64,000 nt of DNA. It comes from Mobula birostris. Lineage: Eukaryota. The DNA is taken from positions 23,925,821 through 23,989,820 of the forward strand of contig NC_092379.1 of the NCBI RefSeq assembly GCF_030028105.1, written 5' to 3'. Shown piece after piece: positions 13,011 through 24,464 of this stretch. Under the pieces are notes generated by a model. It had not been told where the DNA came from and ran no database searches. It saw only the letters and a list, made by a program, of their open reading frames with translations. The position numbers and the translations under genes were made by a program. Each line of letters opens with the position of its first letter. Position 1 is the first letter of the stretch.

Positions 13011-13784
13011 GACTTCGTCATATCCAGCCCAAATCCAATGGATAGCAGAGCCAGCCAACGTATCTATTAAACCCTTCCTCTGGGTACGGGCGTCCCATAC
13101 AGCAGGTCTCAATCTCGGCCATCCCGGTCCTGGAGTGGATATGATATAACCCACAGGGACCTTACTCTGGACTTCAACTGACAGCTCCTCCTCTGTAGTT
13201 CCGTTCGCATTGAGTCTCATTTCTAGTTGAACTGGTACCCATTTCTTGATTATGCACTCCCTCTCCGATATATATCTATGATCAGGTAAAGACCGGCAGA
13301 ATCGAACGAACAGCCGAGTTAAAAGTGTTTTGTTGCAGTAGATATTGAGAGCTGCCACCTCTCACACTGAGGCACACCATGAAATAGCCGATATGATAAC
13401 CGACGTACGGTAACCTGCGACCCTATCACTATCTCTCAGCAGTTCACTTGTCAGTCAAATCGCGCCAGAACAGCAATGGTTCTCTTGTCACTAATGTTCT
13501 GCATACCCCGACTATTTATTGTAACATGTAGACGAATGACCGACATCTGACAAGTTGGCTCTTCGAACCTATTCACCCTCTCAGCGCTTGGCTCCGAGCT
13601 GCCGTCTGTAGTGATCCGCTGAGACCCTCGGCCCATTCATCCAGCATCTGTTCTCTGGAATCACCGCTGAGAACCCGCTTTCCATTGCGTGGACGAGCGG
13701 ATGTGGCCCTTAACGAGTGGGATAGAGCTGTGGCGATCACTACTGGCCTTTCCCTCTGCGCCCTACAGTTCGGCGATTTCACTG

Positions 13785-13823
13785 AGTTTTTGTCTCGGTC
13801 TACTCCCAATATCTCTCACTGTG
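13785..13823 (-). other. 23-RSS of V2
   Basis: Minus strand CACAGTG + 23 nt (agagatattgggagtagaccgag) + ACAAAAACT. Confidence 0.95.
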
Positions 13824-14308
13824 TCTCTCGCACAGTAATAGGTGGCTGTGTCGTCCAGTATCAGGTTGTTTATTTCCAGATAAACTGTGCTGCTGTCCTT
13901 GGAAACCTCGAATCTGCCTTCGACTCCAGGAGCGTATTTTTTGTTACCGTTAGCCCATACAGCGGCCACCCATTCCGGCCCTTTCCCTGCGACCTGCTTC
14001 ACCCAGTACATGCCATAGCTGCTGAGGCTGAACCCACTGACTGCACAGGTTAATCTGTGGGACTGTCCGGGTTTTACCATCTCTGACTCGGGCTGTTCTA
14101 GCCTGATACCGGACTGCGCGCCTGTCAACAAAAGAAGAGAAACAATTGATAAAAATTTTCCACGAGCATAGATTGACAAAGCCTCTGAGAAACAGTCTGC
14201 CTCGGGTAGATAATAAATTGTGGGGCAGGCACCTGGAAGGCAAAGCAGGAGGAGACAGTAATAAGGAATGCCCCATATCTTGCTGAGCACTGAATCCGAC
14301 TTCGACAT
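13824..14308 (-). CDS. IGHV: Intact IgH-type V gene segment (V2, subfamily II): leader exon 14308-14233, 111-nt GT-AG intron 14232-14122, V exon 14121-13824
   Basis: Spliced product [124 protein letters not shown]. It has both Cys, the FR2 Trp, the YYCAR end and a phase-1 intron, and is followed directly by an RSS. The [14 protein letters not shown] style resembles chondrichthyan IgW V as I recall it (inference). Confidence 0.95.
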
Positions 14309-17300
14309 TTTTGAGATCAGCGGCTTTAGTTGAGACCGAATTTATCGCGTCCGCCGAGAGCGCTGTTCAAATAGAGACGTAGACTGCCAGTGAGAGGAGG
14401 AGCCGCGGTTTGTAAAGGCTCCCACACAATGAAACCAGAGACAGATTCCTGTCCCCGCCCCCAGCAGAACTTACAATTTTCAAAAATATATTCGTCTCTG
14501 CACAGGAGACAGGTCAGCGGCAGTGACCAGATCCGGTTTGACAGGGCTGAGGGACACCAGCCAGTGGACAAACATCACCCCGTGAGACAGGAAATGTGAG
14601 ACACCGGTCACTGGACAGAGATTCCTTTGAGAGACAGGAACTGAGAGATTCTAGTCAATGGCTGGTGCTGCCCCCTCCCCCCCACCCCCGATACAGCGAA
14701 TAACTGACTAGTCAGTGGACAAATAAATTATGAGAGACAAAGACTGAGAGAAACCAGATAGTGGACAGATATCGCTCTGAATGACAGGGTCTGAGCACAC
14801 TATTCAATGGGCAGATTTCCTCCTTTGGGACACCGTTCCAGCGACACTGGACTGGGCACGGAAATGTTATAAACAAAAAGCTCATGGTGTATATGCGATT
14901 ATCCTGCTGTCGTCATATTAGGAACAATGCTGGCAAACACGCGTCGGGTCACGAAAGGATGACACCGGAAGCTGATATTTGAATATGCTCATGTTGACAG
15001 AGGGTCATTTAGAAGTTAGAATTTGGGCCATCGACCATGACTGTAATATCATATGTGAAGCCAAGATATTAGCTGCATGGCTGAGTGGATCTGGAGTTTC
15101 CAAGAGTGGAGAATACATTTCACCTGATGCCTGAGATGGAGGTCTTTAATTTCATGGAGAGTTTGAATAAGCTGGATGCATTTTCGCTAAAAGGCTAAAT
15201 CTAACGTTGGTAAGTTTATAAAATTGTGAGTAGTACAGAGGGAGCCAGAGTCTGTTTCCCAGGGCACACAAGGTTACAACCAGACGGCGTAAGTTTCAGG
15301 TGAGGGGGTCAGAAAGTAAAGAATAACTTTGCGATATTATGTCATACACGGGGCTATGGTTATTTCCAAAAAAAATTCCAGCTAAGGTTGGGTAGCTGAT
15401 TGCATACGTTGTTTTAAAGACAGCTATGTAAGTAAATGAATAGGAACGGCAGAAAAGTGATGGGTGACAAACCTGCACATGAAATGATGGTATATAGGCA
15501 TCTCAGGAGGCCGAAAAATCCATTTCCTGTGCGGTAAGATATTCTGATTCTCTTCCACGGCATCCTGTACACGCTGAAATATTACAACCTAAGGTATTAT
15601 GTTACTTTTCCCTCTGTCAGTACTTTTAAAGTGGTGATAATGGTGGACATCCTGGCCTACCGCGCATATCTTCCTTCTCTGTATTTGCACTTCGGTAGAT
15701 AATATTATTTAAGTTAATTTGTACGTGCATTTTCTCTCCATCTGTTATGCTACAATCACTTTATATGGTCTGCCTCTACGGTGGACTGTGTTTATCCTTT
15801 CTCCGCCCAACCATTTGCTTCACAATGTACCCCCTTTCTCGTTCCAACTTCTGACGGAGGATCTTTGAAGTAAAACATTAACTCACGTTTCTCTCTTGCG
15901 GTGGATATGATCTGACCTCGTGAGCATTTCCAGACTTATTTTTGAAATCCCAATGTCTTTTTTTTTTCAAATTTGTTATGACAAAAATGTGTTTCCGGTG
16001 GTGGGTAATGACTCAAGCATTAAATACCACAGGCAGCCCCTCCTGAGATTAATAATATAAGACTGTAACACTCAGTACATAGAATATAGAACTGTATAGG
16101 CAATGCCCATTTAGCTCGCCCCTGTCTCTGGCAAACATGATGCTCTTTTTAAGCAGCATGTCCGCCTGCAGCCTGCATGATGCATTGTCTGTGAAATTGC
16201 CTCTTAGATGTTGCATTCATATACGCTTCCGTAAGTTCTACTGAATTTCCAGGTACTTTCAGTCTTCGCATTTTTAAAAAAAACTTCTCGTGTATCCTCT
16301 TTGGAATCCTCTCTTTCATCTTCAATCAATGTGTCCGAAGATTTCCTGGTTCCACCCTGGCATAAATGTACTGATTATCTTCCCTGTCATGCTCTGATAT
16401 TATATATTTCACCAGGTGGTCAACGGGCTTTAATGTTCAGTATAATGCAATCCTAGTTTGTCTAAACTCACTTATATACCATACAAGCTAATCCAGATAA
16501 CATACAAGTGACCCACTTCTGTGCCATGTACAAAACCTCACATCCTTCCTAAAATGTGACGACGAGAACTGCTCGCAATGCTGAAATGCGGCCGATCAAA
16601 AAAATTACATAGCGGCAATTTTATTTGGTAACATTTATACTCATTGACACGAACGATTACGGGATATATATTGTTGCTTCATTTAGCACACACCTTCCAG
16701 AGGCGCAATGCCGTGTAGGGTTTGGAGGTTGGGTGCCTTAATGACCCTGACGGCCTTGTGCTCTGGCTCTTCGTAGGATCTCTTATGCCACAGAGATCAA
16801 TCCGCAGAGGCTGCACTAAGAGCGATACACCAGTCCTCTAGGTCCGTGGGCTGGGTATCAGCAAAGTGTCAACAGCCACATGACAAGTGAAAAAAGGACG
16901 AAGTGTTCCTCATATGAAATGACACACTGAAGAAACACTTAGCAATGTAATCCCCCGCCAAAAACGTCATTTGAAGTTCTTGGTGTTTTCAGTCTTCGCA
17001 TTTTTTTTTTAATCTGTTATTTCCTCTTAATATCCTCCCTTTCATCTGAAGTCAATGTGGCCGAAGATTTCACGGCTCCACCATTGTATTGACGATATTA
17101 TATATAGCACCAGCTCGGCCGGCAGGCTTTATTGCACAAAAAATGCAATTCTAGTTTGTCTAAGCTCCCCTCATATATCAGAGAATCCAATCCAGAAAAC
17201 ATACAGTTGACCCACTTCTGTGCCATATCCACAACCTCGCATCCTTCCTAAAACATGACGACGAGAACTGTTCGCAATACTCAAAGCATGGTCGAACCAA

Positions 17301-20300
17301 AATTTTATATAGCTGCAATATTACTTGCAGAGACTCAATGACAGGAGCAAAAACGGGATATATGCTGCAGGCTTCATTTAACACACACCTCCTAGAGATT
17401 TGGAGGTTTGAGTGCCCCAATGACTCCGAGGGCCTTGTGCTCTGGCGCGTGGTTGGTTCCCTCATACCATACAGATCAAAGAGTAGAGGTAGCGCTAAGA
17501 GTGATGCACCGGTCCTCTAGATCCGGGGGCGGGTGTTTAGTTTAAGGCCAACAGCCCTGACGAGGGGAGAAAATGACGAAAATGACTCTCGTATGAAATG
17601 ACACATTGCGGAAGAAATTGCTGATTTGGGGAAGGCGCAGGGATCTTTTGGAGTTGCAGAAGTCAATGAAAAACGAATTGGTTTGAGCGGAAAAAATTCA
17701 TTAAGACAATTTAAAAAATGGAACAGCGTAGTTACCAAGAATCAGCCTGACAGAATTTTGTTAAAGGTCATTGATGTGAAACAGTATCTCTGTTTCTCAA
17801 AACATAGACGTTCCCTGAGCTGTCCAGTGTTGGCATTGTAGGAGGTCATTCGGGCAGATTTGCAGCCGAAGATCTCTTTCATCCCATGGCCAACAGGTGG
17901 TGAGTGCGCTTTGTCTGTATCTGCGTTCCATGTGTACTTTAAAGAAACACCGATCAAACTAACAGCCGGGAGCTGGACTGAAGCGGGGTGCTGGAGATGC
18001 ATGTGTCAGCTCAGTAAAAAAAAAACATGAAACGAAATAGCGTTTGGGTAATTGCACAAGATAATCGAGGGTGAATCAACAGATCAGGTGAACTTCGATC
18101 TGATTGTTGTCTGTATTGTATCAACTTGTTATAGCGGGTAATTTGAATAACAGGCGGGCAATTTTAGTTAGTCGTCATCTGGACTCTGGGCTTTGCTGGT
18201 AAAGTCAGAATGAATTATACATCTGGGTCGCCATTCAGAAAGCCTTTGGATGCAAACACATTGATAGGCCAAGAGTCATAAAGAGGCTCGTGGGGTAACG
18301 CTGAGAGAGCTCTTTCCTCAAGGATATCAGTAATTCTGAAAGGATATCCTTACTAATGGCGAGACTTAGAAAAATACAAATTGCTAAGATGTTAGAAATC
18401 TGACCGCCGATCCAAATCTATTGCAGATCATTTTGTGGTGAGTTTAAATTTGACAGATTTATTATGTGATGGTATTCGTGGACTGCTCGTCCATCCCCTG
18501 CGCTACTCATCTGATTTCATTTGCTTCCCTATTCTCCATCGTCCGAAATCCAAACTTCTGCTTTCCAATTGGATCACTCTATAGATCGAGCCCTAGACAA
18601 TCCTCCTCCTTCGAAAACATCAAAAGAATATCTTGTATGTTTGTTATTACCATAAAGGTTATTGATTCTGTTGTGTGCAGAATGGCACCACATGCTCTGC
18701 TCAGTAACAGGGCCATATTTTGCAACTACGTCTTTGCCCTTAAGTGCTCGGGCGCAATGTAAGGTACTCTGTAAATGTCAAGTCGGTCCCGCACAACTAC
18801 TCTTACCGACTTGCTAGTATATTTGGTTTCACGCCTTGGGAAATGTTTCATTTCTGATGTAATGGTTTTTCTGTAGCAGCACTGTGTTTGGGTTATGACT
18901 AGAGGCTTTGTAATGTGCGGCGTCCAATGAGGCGAATGGTGTTCGTTCTTGTGTGCCCGAGAGCGAGTGAATTTGCAGGATTTTGTTCGGGAGAAGATGG
19001 AGAGAGAAGATGCCTGAAAGGCGAAGTCGTAGAATGCAGGACGGAGTGGACCTGGAGTGTGGTTGGGAGTCGACGAAGACCCGGTGAAATCGATGGAGAA
19101 CGAACAGACGGGAACAGTGAGCTTCATTGTGCGCACCAGACTGGTTTATTAAACTGGGCCCTTTTTCTTTTTGTTTTGTTTACTAACCCTAGAATCGAAT
19201 TAAAGTTCAATCGTTTAAATGCATACTGTGTAATGTTTATTATTTCGAAGTACTGATTTGTGACAGGTGAACACATCACGCAGCATACACGTAAACAAGA
19301 TTTCTGAAGTTGTCCATGCCAGAACTTGTAATCCCCTAGACTAATGCCACTGGTCGAACCTGAGTGTTACAGTCGTTTATGTGGAACACACTTGTTAAAC
19401 GAACCCACGCAGGATGTAGGAAAACTTGGAATTATAGAGGCGGCTTTGTCTGTGAACTGAGAGCAAACAGTTCTTTTGAACAGCAACGTTCAATTCATAT
19501 CCCGTAAGTGTATGATGGGACAGGTTAGGGGAAGTTTCACTCTTTGTTTACGCTCTAATGTCCCTGCCCTGACTGGGATGGGTAATGCAGAGGAATATTT
19601 GTAACTACACTATTTACTCTGGGGTGCTCGATGGAATCCCTATGAAGAAGATTTGCCTAGATACACCGGTAAGTACTGATTCCATTCAATGACAGATCAG
19701 AGAGTAAGGCAATTCATCCAATAGTGTGTGTGCTACCCTTTAGCTAAAGAAACCCAATAAAACAATAGATCTCTCTGCTCTGATCCGTCTCGTAACGACA
19801 ATCAGATCTCCGCCAGTTCTCTCTCTACACTCACTATTAGACTTCACGGTCATTCAGGCAGTGTATTTCACATCACAACCGTTGCTCAATAAACGTTCCC
19901 TTAAATAGACTCCTATTACACATTAATCACTACTGAACCACCCTTCCCACACTGCCTACACTATTCCCAACCACCATCGGCCAATGCAAGGATGCCTGGA
20001 ATTTATGAAGTCCTTGTGCCTTCATTTCGCTGCCTTAATATTTCCATACCACTTTTTCACTGCCTTCCCAACTCCAAAAAATATCCCCCCCCATACACCG
20101 TCTACACACACATCAGGGAGTAAAATTTAAATCTTAAATCCATCAATTAATCCTCAGATATCGCCTGTACCATGGAAGCATCCTGGGACAGACCTCACGC
20201 TGAAAATTACATGATGGAACTGACACCCACCTTTCCCCTGGGGATACAGGAGGCAGTATAATAGAGCTGAATATGGGCCAGCATTGACAAGGAAGTACAA

Positions 20301-21007
20301 AAAGATGTTGGCTGCAACATGAAGGCCAAGCAAATGACCGGGGACAAATGGAAAAACTGCATAAAAGCCAGGACAAACAGGCTACGATATATCTTCTTCC
20401 ACTCGGTCACCAAACTGCTTAATTCATGGTGACGCAAATGTATTTCTATGTTATATTCACTATCCTGTTGAATATGATATTAATTATAAATTACTATAAT
20501 TGGGCATTGCACATTACAACGGAGACGTAACATAAACATTCATTCCTTATGTATATGAAAGATGTAAGTAGTAAAGTCAATTCATTTCAATTCAGTTCAA
20601 TTCAAGATACCGTCAGCCTGGTCCCAGCTAGTCGGCAAGATATTCACACTGCTCCGTCTCCCCGTTCACCGAGTACATCAACTTCACTTGTCCGCCGCAT
20701 CCACCAATCTCAGAAAAGTGTCAACATGATCCCCGACCGGAAGCAGCTACTTCCTGGAATTTTACCTGAAATTCCCAGCCTGGTTCTTCCTGGCCTGCAA
20801 ATAAAAGAGGCACTTTCACAGTATTCCTATCTGCTGACACCGGTTCGCTCTTTTCCGCGGTATTAGGCTTGAAGCCATTTGGGCTTATACTTGACGAGAA
20901 ATTTTGCTTTAACAGTCTGAGTCAGCCTTCAGGGATTTGACTCTGGGAGGCAGCAATGCGGAATTCGTGGAGACAGACTGCTGTGCAGACTCCCATTTGT
21001 CGGGACC

Positions 21008-21071
21008 AGTTTTTGTCCAGCTCCACATGACCCGTGTGCAAATCACGTTACTTTACCGCAGGTCATAATAG
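21008..21071 (-). pseudogene. Degenerate D site, cassette 3
   Basis: Plus strand agtttttgt-12-gacccgt-gtgcaaat-cacgtta-12-tcataatag; heptamers decayed. Confidence 0.6.
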
Positions 21072-21842
21072 ACTTCGTCATATCCAGCCCCAAATCTAGG
21101 GGATCGCCGAATCCCACAGCAGATTTATTAAACCCACCCTCAGTGTCTGGGCGTCCCACACAGCGGGTCTGAATCTCAGTCATCCCAGTCCTGAAATGGA
21201 GATGATATAACCAACGGGACCGTTCTCTGGGTTTCAACTGACAGCTCCTCCTCTGTAGATCCGTTCGCATTAAGACTCATTTCCAGTGGAACATGTACCC
21301 ATTCCCGGATTATGCACTCGTGATCTGATTTATATCCATGTATGTCAGGGTAAAAGCCGGCAGAACGAACGAAGAGCGTGATTAGGAGTGTTTTGTTATT
21401 ATAGATATGGAGGACAACCACCTCTCACACTGAGGCACGCCAAGATATAGCCGTTGTGATAAACCGATGTACGATAACCTCCGCCCCACTCACTGCCTCT
21501 CAGCACCGTCACTCTGCAGTCAAACCGCCCTCGGACACCATATTGTCTCTCATCTTTAATGTTTCTCCTAGCCCGACCACTTACTGTCACGTGTAGACAA
21601 GGAGCCGACACCTGACAATGTGGATCGGTGAGTCCATTCCCACTCACGGTGCTCGGCTTCGAGCTGCTGTCCGAAGTGATCTGCTGAGCCCTTCGGCCCA
21701 TCCATCCAGCATGCCTTAAGGTGAATCCACTCTGAGAACCCGCCTTGCATTGCGTGGGCGAGCGGATATGGCCCAGAACGACCGGGGTACGGCTGTGGCG
21801 ATGTCCTTTACCGCAGCGGCCGAAGGACAGGCGCTCTCGCTG

Positions 21843-21881
21843 GGTTTTTGTCCCGGTCCAGTCCCCGTCTCTCTCACTGTG
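21843..21881 (-). other. Canonical 23-RSS of pseudogene V3
   Basis: Minus strand CACAGTG-23-ACAAAAACC. Confidence 0.95.
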
Positions 21882-22377
21882 TCTCTCGGACAGTAATAGG
21901 TGGCCGTCTCTTCCAGACTCAGGTTCTTCATTTGCAGATAAACGGTGCTGCTGTCCTTGTAAGCTTGGAATCTGCTTTCGACTCCAGGCGCATACTTCTT
22001 GTTACCTTTATCCCACACAACGGCCACCCATTCCAGCCCTTTCCCGGAGACCAGTTTCAGTATGACAGACCATGTCATAACTGCTGAGGCGAACCCAGTG
22101 ACTGCACAGGGCAATCTGTGGGTCTGTCCAGGCTTTTCCACCTCTGACGCGGGCTGTGTCAGCAACATATTGGACTACACGCCTGTCAATAAAAAAAAAA
22201 AAAACGGAGGAGATATTGATAATACGACCTACGTGCATAGACTGACAAAGCCCTGTAGAACCAACCGGCCATGGGTAGGTGAAAAATTGCAGGGCACACA
22301 CCTGCTAGGCAAAGCAGGAGAGGACAGAGATAAGGAATGTCTCCTATGCGGCTGAGCACTGAATGCGTGTTGGACAT
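21882..22377 (-). pseudogene. IGHV: IgH-type V pseudogene (V3, subfamily I)
   Basis: Leader MSNTHSVLSRIGDIPYLCPLLLCLA-G (22377-22302) is intact. V exon 22182-21882 has CAG>TAG at 22177-22175 and a CDR1/FR2 indel pair that removes the Trp; it ends YYCPRD. Confidence 0.92.
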
Positions 22378-23522
22378 TTTTCAGATCGGGGTTCAGCTGA
22401 GTCCGAATTTATCGCGAACTTCTGAGAGCGCTGTTGAAATAAAGACATGGCTGCGAGTGAGAGAAGTAGCCGCTGCTTAAACAGGCTCCCACCTACGAAA
22501 ACCAGAGGCAGAGTTTTCTGTCCTCGCCCCCAGCAGAGATTTCAATTTTCCATAAAAAGATATTCGTCTCTGCAGAGGGAACAGGTCAGCGGAAGCGAGC
22601 AGATCGGGATAGACAATCTGTTACACTCGTCATTTTCGGCGATAAACAACTTGTTTAAACTGAAAGTGGTTTACTTGGAAGTAAGTACAGAGGAGATGTC
22701 AGCGGTACGTTTTATACTCAGACTAGTGAGTGTGTGGACTGGGCTGCCGGCGGTGGAGGCGGAAACAATAGGGTCTTTCAATAGAGTCCTGGATAGGTAC
22801 ATCGAGCTTAGAAAACTAGAGGGCTATGGGTAAGCCTAGGTATTTCTAGGGTAAGGACATGTTCGGCACAGCTTTGTCGGCCGAGGGGCCTGTATTATGC
22901 TGTAGATTTTCTATGTTTCTATGTTTCATGAAAGGCAGAGAATCCCGGCGAGAAAGACTGAGAGACAACAATCAGTGAACAGGGTTAACCCTAAAATACA
23001 GGGTCTCAGAAACACCAGCCTTTGGACAAATATCACCCTGTGAGACAGGACGTGTGAGACACCAGTTAGCGGACAGCGATTCCCGTCTGAGACAGGAATG
23101 GAAATACTCGTTAATGGACTGGTTCGCCCTAGATACAGCGACTGACAATCTAGTCAGTGGACTGATATCCCCCGAGAGTCAGAGAATAAGAGATATCAGT
23201 TAGTGGACTGATATCTCTCTGAGTAACAGGGACTGAATACACTTTTCAATGGGCAGATGTTCTTCTTAGGGAGACGGTTCGAGAGATACCGGACAGTGCA
23301 CGGGAATGTAACAAACAACAAAAAGTGTTGCTCTACAGATTTCTATCTGCACCCACAGCACGAAAATCAATATGAAGCACAGATCCCTGCGTGGAATAGG
23401 ATGTAATATTTTCTGATATCAAATTACTTTTATCAGAGACCAGACAACATAAATTTCAGCGCCAAATCCTGTGCACGTCTCCCCTCACCATTATTAAAAA
23501 AAAAATCTTTGACCTGTTTCAG

Positions 23523-24464
23523 ATTGGTTGTAAATTGGATTAGTAAGACTGCAGATGATACTAAGATAGATGGTGTTGTGGATGATGAGGTAGGTTTTCA
23601 AAACTTGCAGAGAGATTTAGGTCAGTTAGAAGATTGCGCTGAAAGATGGCAGAAGGAGTTTAATGCAGAACAATTTGAGGTGCTGCATTTTGGTAGAACT
23701 AATCAAAATAACACATACATGGTAAATGGTAGGGCATTAAAGAATGCTGTAGAACAGAGGGATCTAGGAATAATGGTGCATAGTTCCCTGAAGATGGAAT
23801 CTCATGTGGATAGGGTGGTGAAGAAAGCTTTTGGTTTGCTTGCCTTTAATAATCAGAGCATTGAGTATAGGAGTTGGGATATAATGTTGAATTTGTATAA
23901 GGCATTGGCAAGGCCAAATCTGGAGTATTGTGTACAGTTCGGGTCACCGAATCATAGGAAAGATGACAATAAATTTGAGAGAGTATAGAGGAGGTTTACT
24001 GAAATGTTGCCTGGGTTTCATCTCCTAGGTTACAGAGAAAGGTTGAACAAGTTAGCTCTTTATTCTTTGGAGCGTAGAAGGCTGAGGGGGTACTTGATAG
24101 AGGTGTTTAAAATTATGAGGGGAATTGAAAGAGTTGACGTGGTTAGACTTTTTCCATTGAGAGTGGGGATGATTCAAACAAGAGGACATGGGTTGAGAGT
24201 TAGAGGACAAAAGTTTAGGGGTAACATGAGGGGGAACTTCTTTACTCAGAGAATGGTAGCTGTGTGGAATGAGCTTCCAGCAGAAGTGGTTGAGACAGGT
24301 TTTATGTTGTCGTTTAAAGATAAATTGGATAAATATATGGACAGGAAAGGAATGGAGGGTTATGGGCTGAGTGCAGGTCGGTGGGACTAAGATAGGGTAA
24401 GAGGTCGGCACGGATTAGAAAGGCTGTTTCCGTGCTGTAATTGTTATATGGTTATATGGTTATG
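23523..24464 (+). mobile_element. CR1-like LINE 3' RT fragment
   Basis: ADDTKIDGVV, LARPNLEYCVQF, TRGHGLRV, NFFTQRMVAVWNELP; GTTTCAG TSD; (ttatatgg)n tail. Confidence 0.92.

Noticed and set aside
13380-13460. Candidate D1 at the expected distance (cacagtc/cactgcc motifs near tcaaacc; cactgtg at 3146)
   Set aside because: No heptamer-spacer-nonamer combination with a 12 or 23 spacer holds up, and the motifs are not conserved across cassettes
14122-14232. In-frame, stop-free V2 intron (181-aa read-through ORF)
   Set aside because: The paralogous V4 intron is 110 nt and out of frame, so this is probably coincidental
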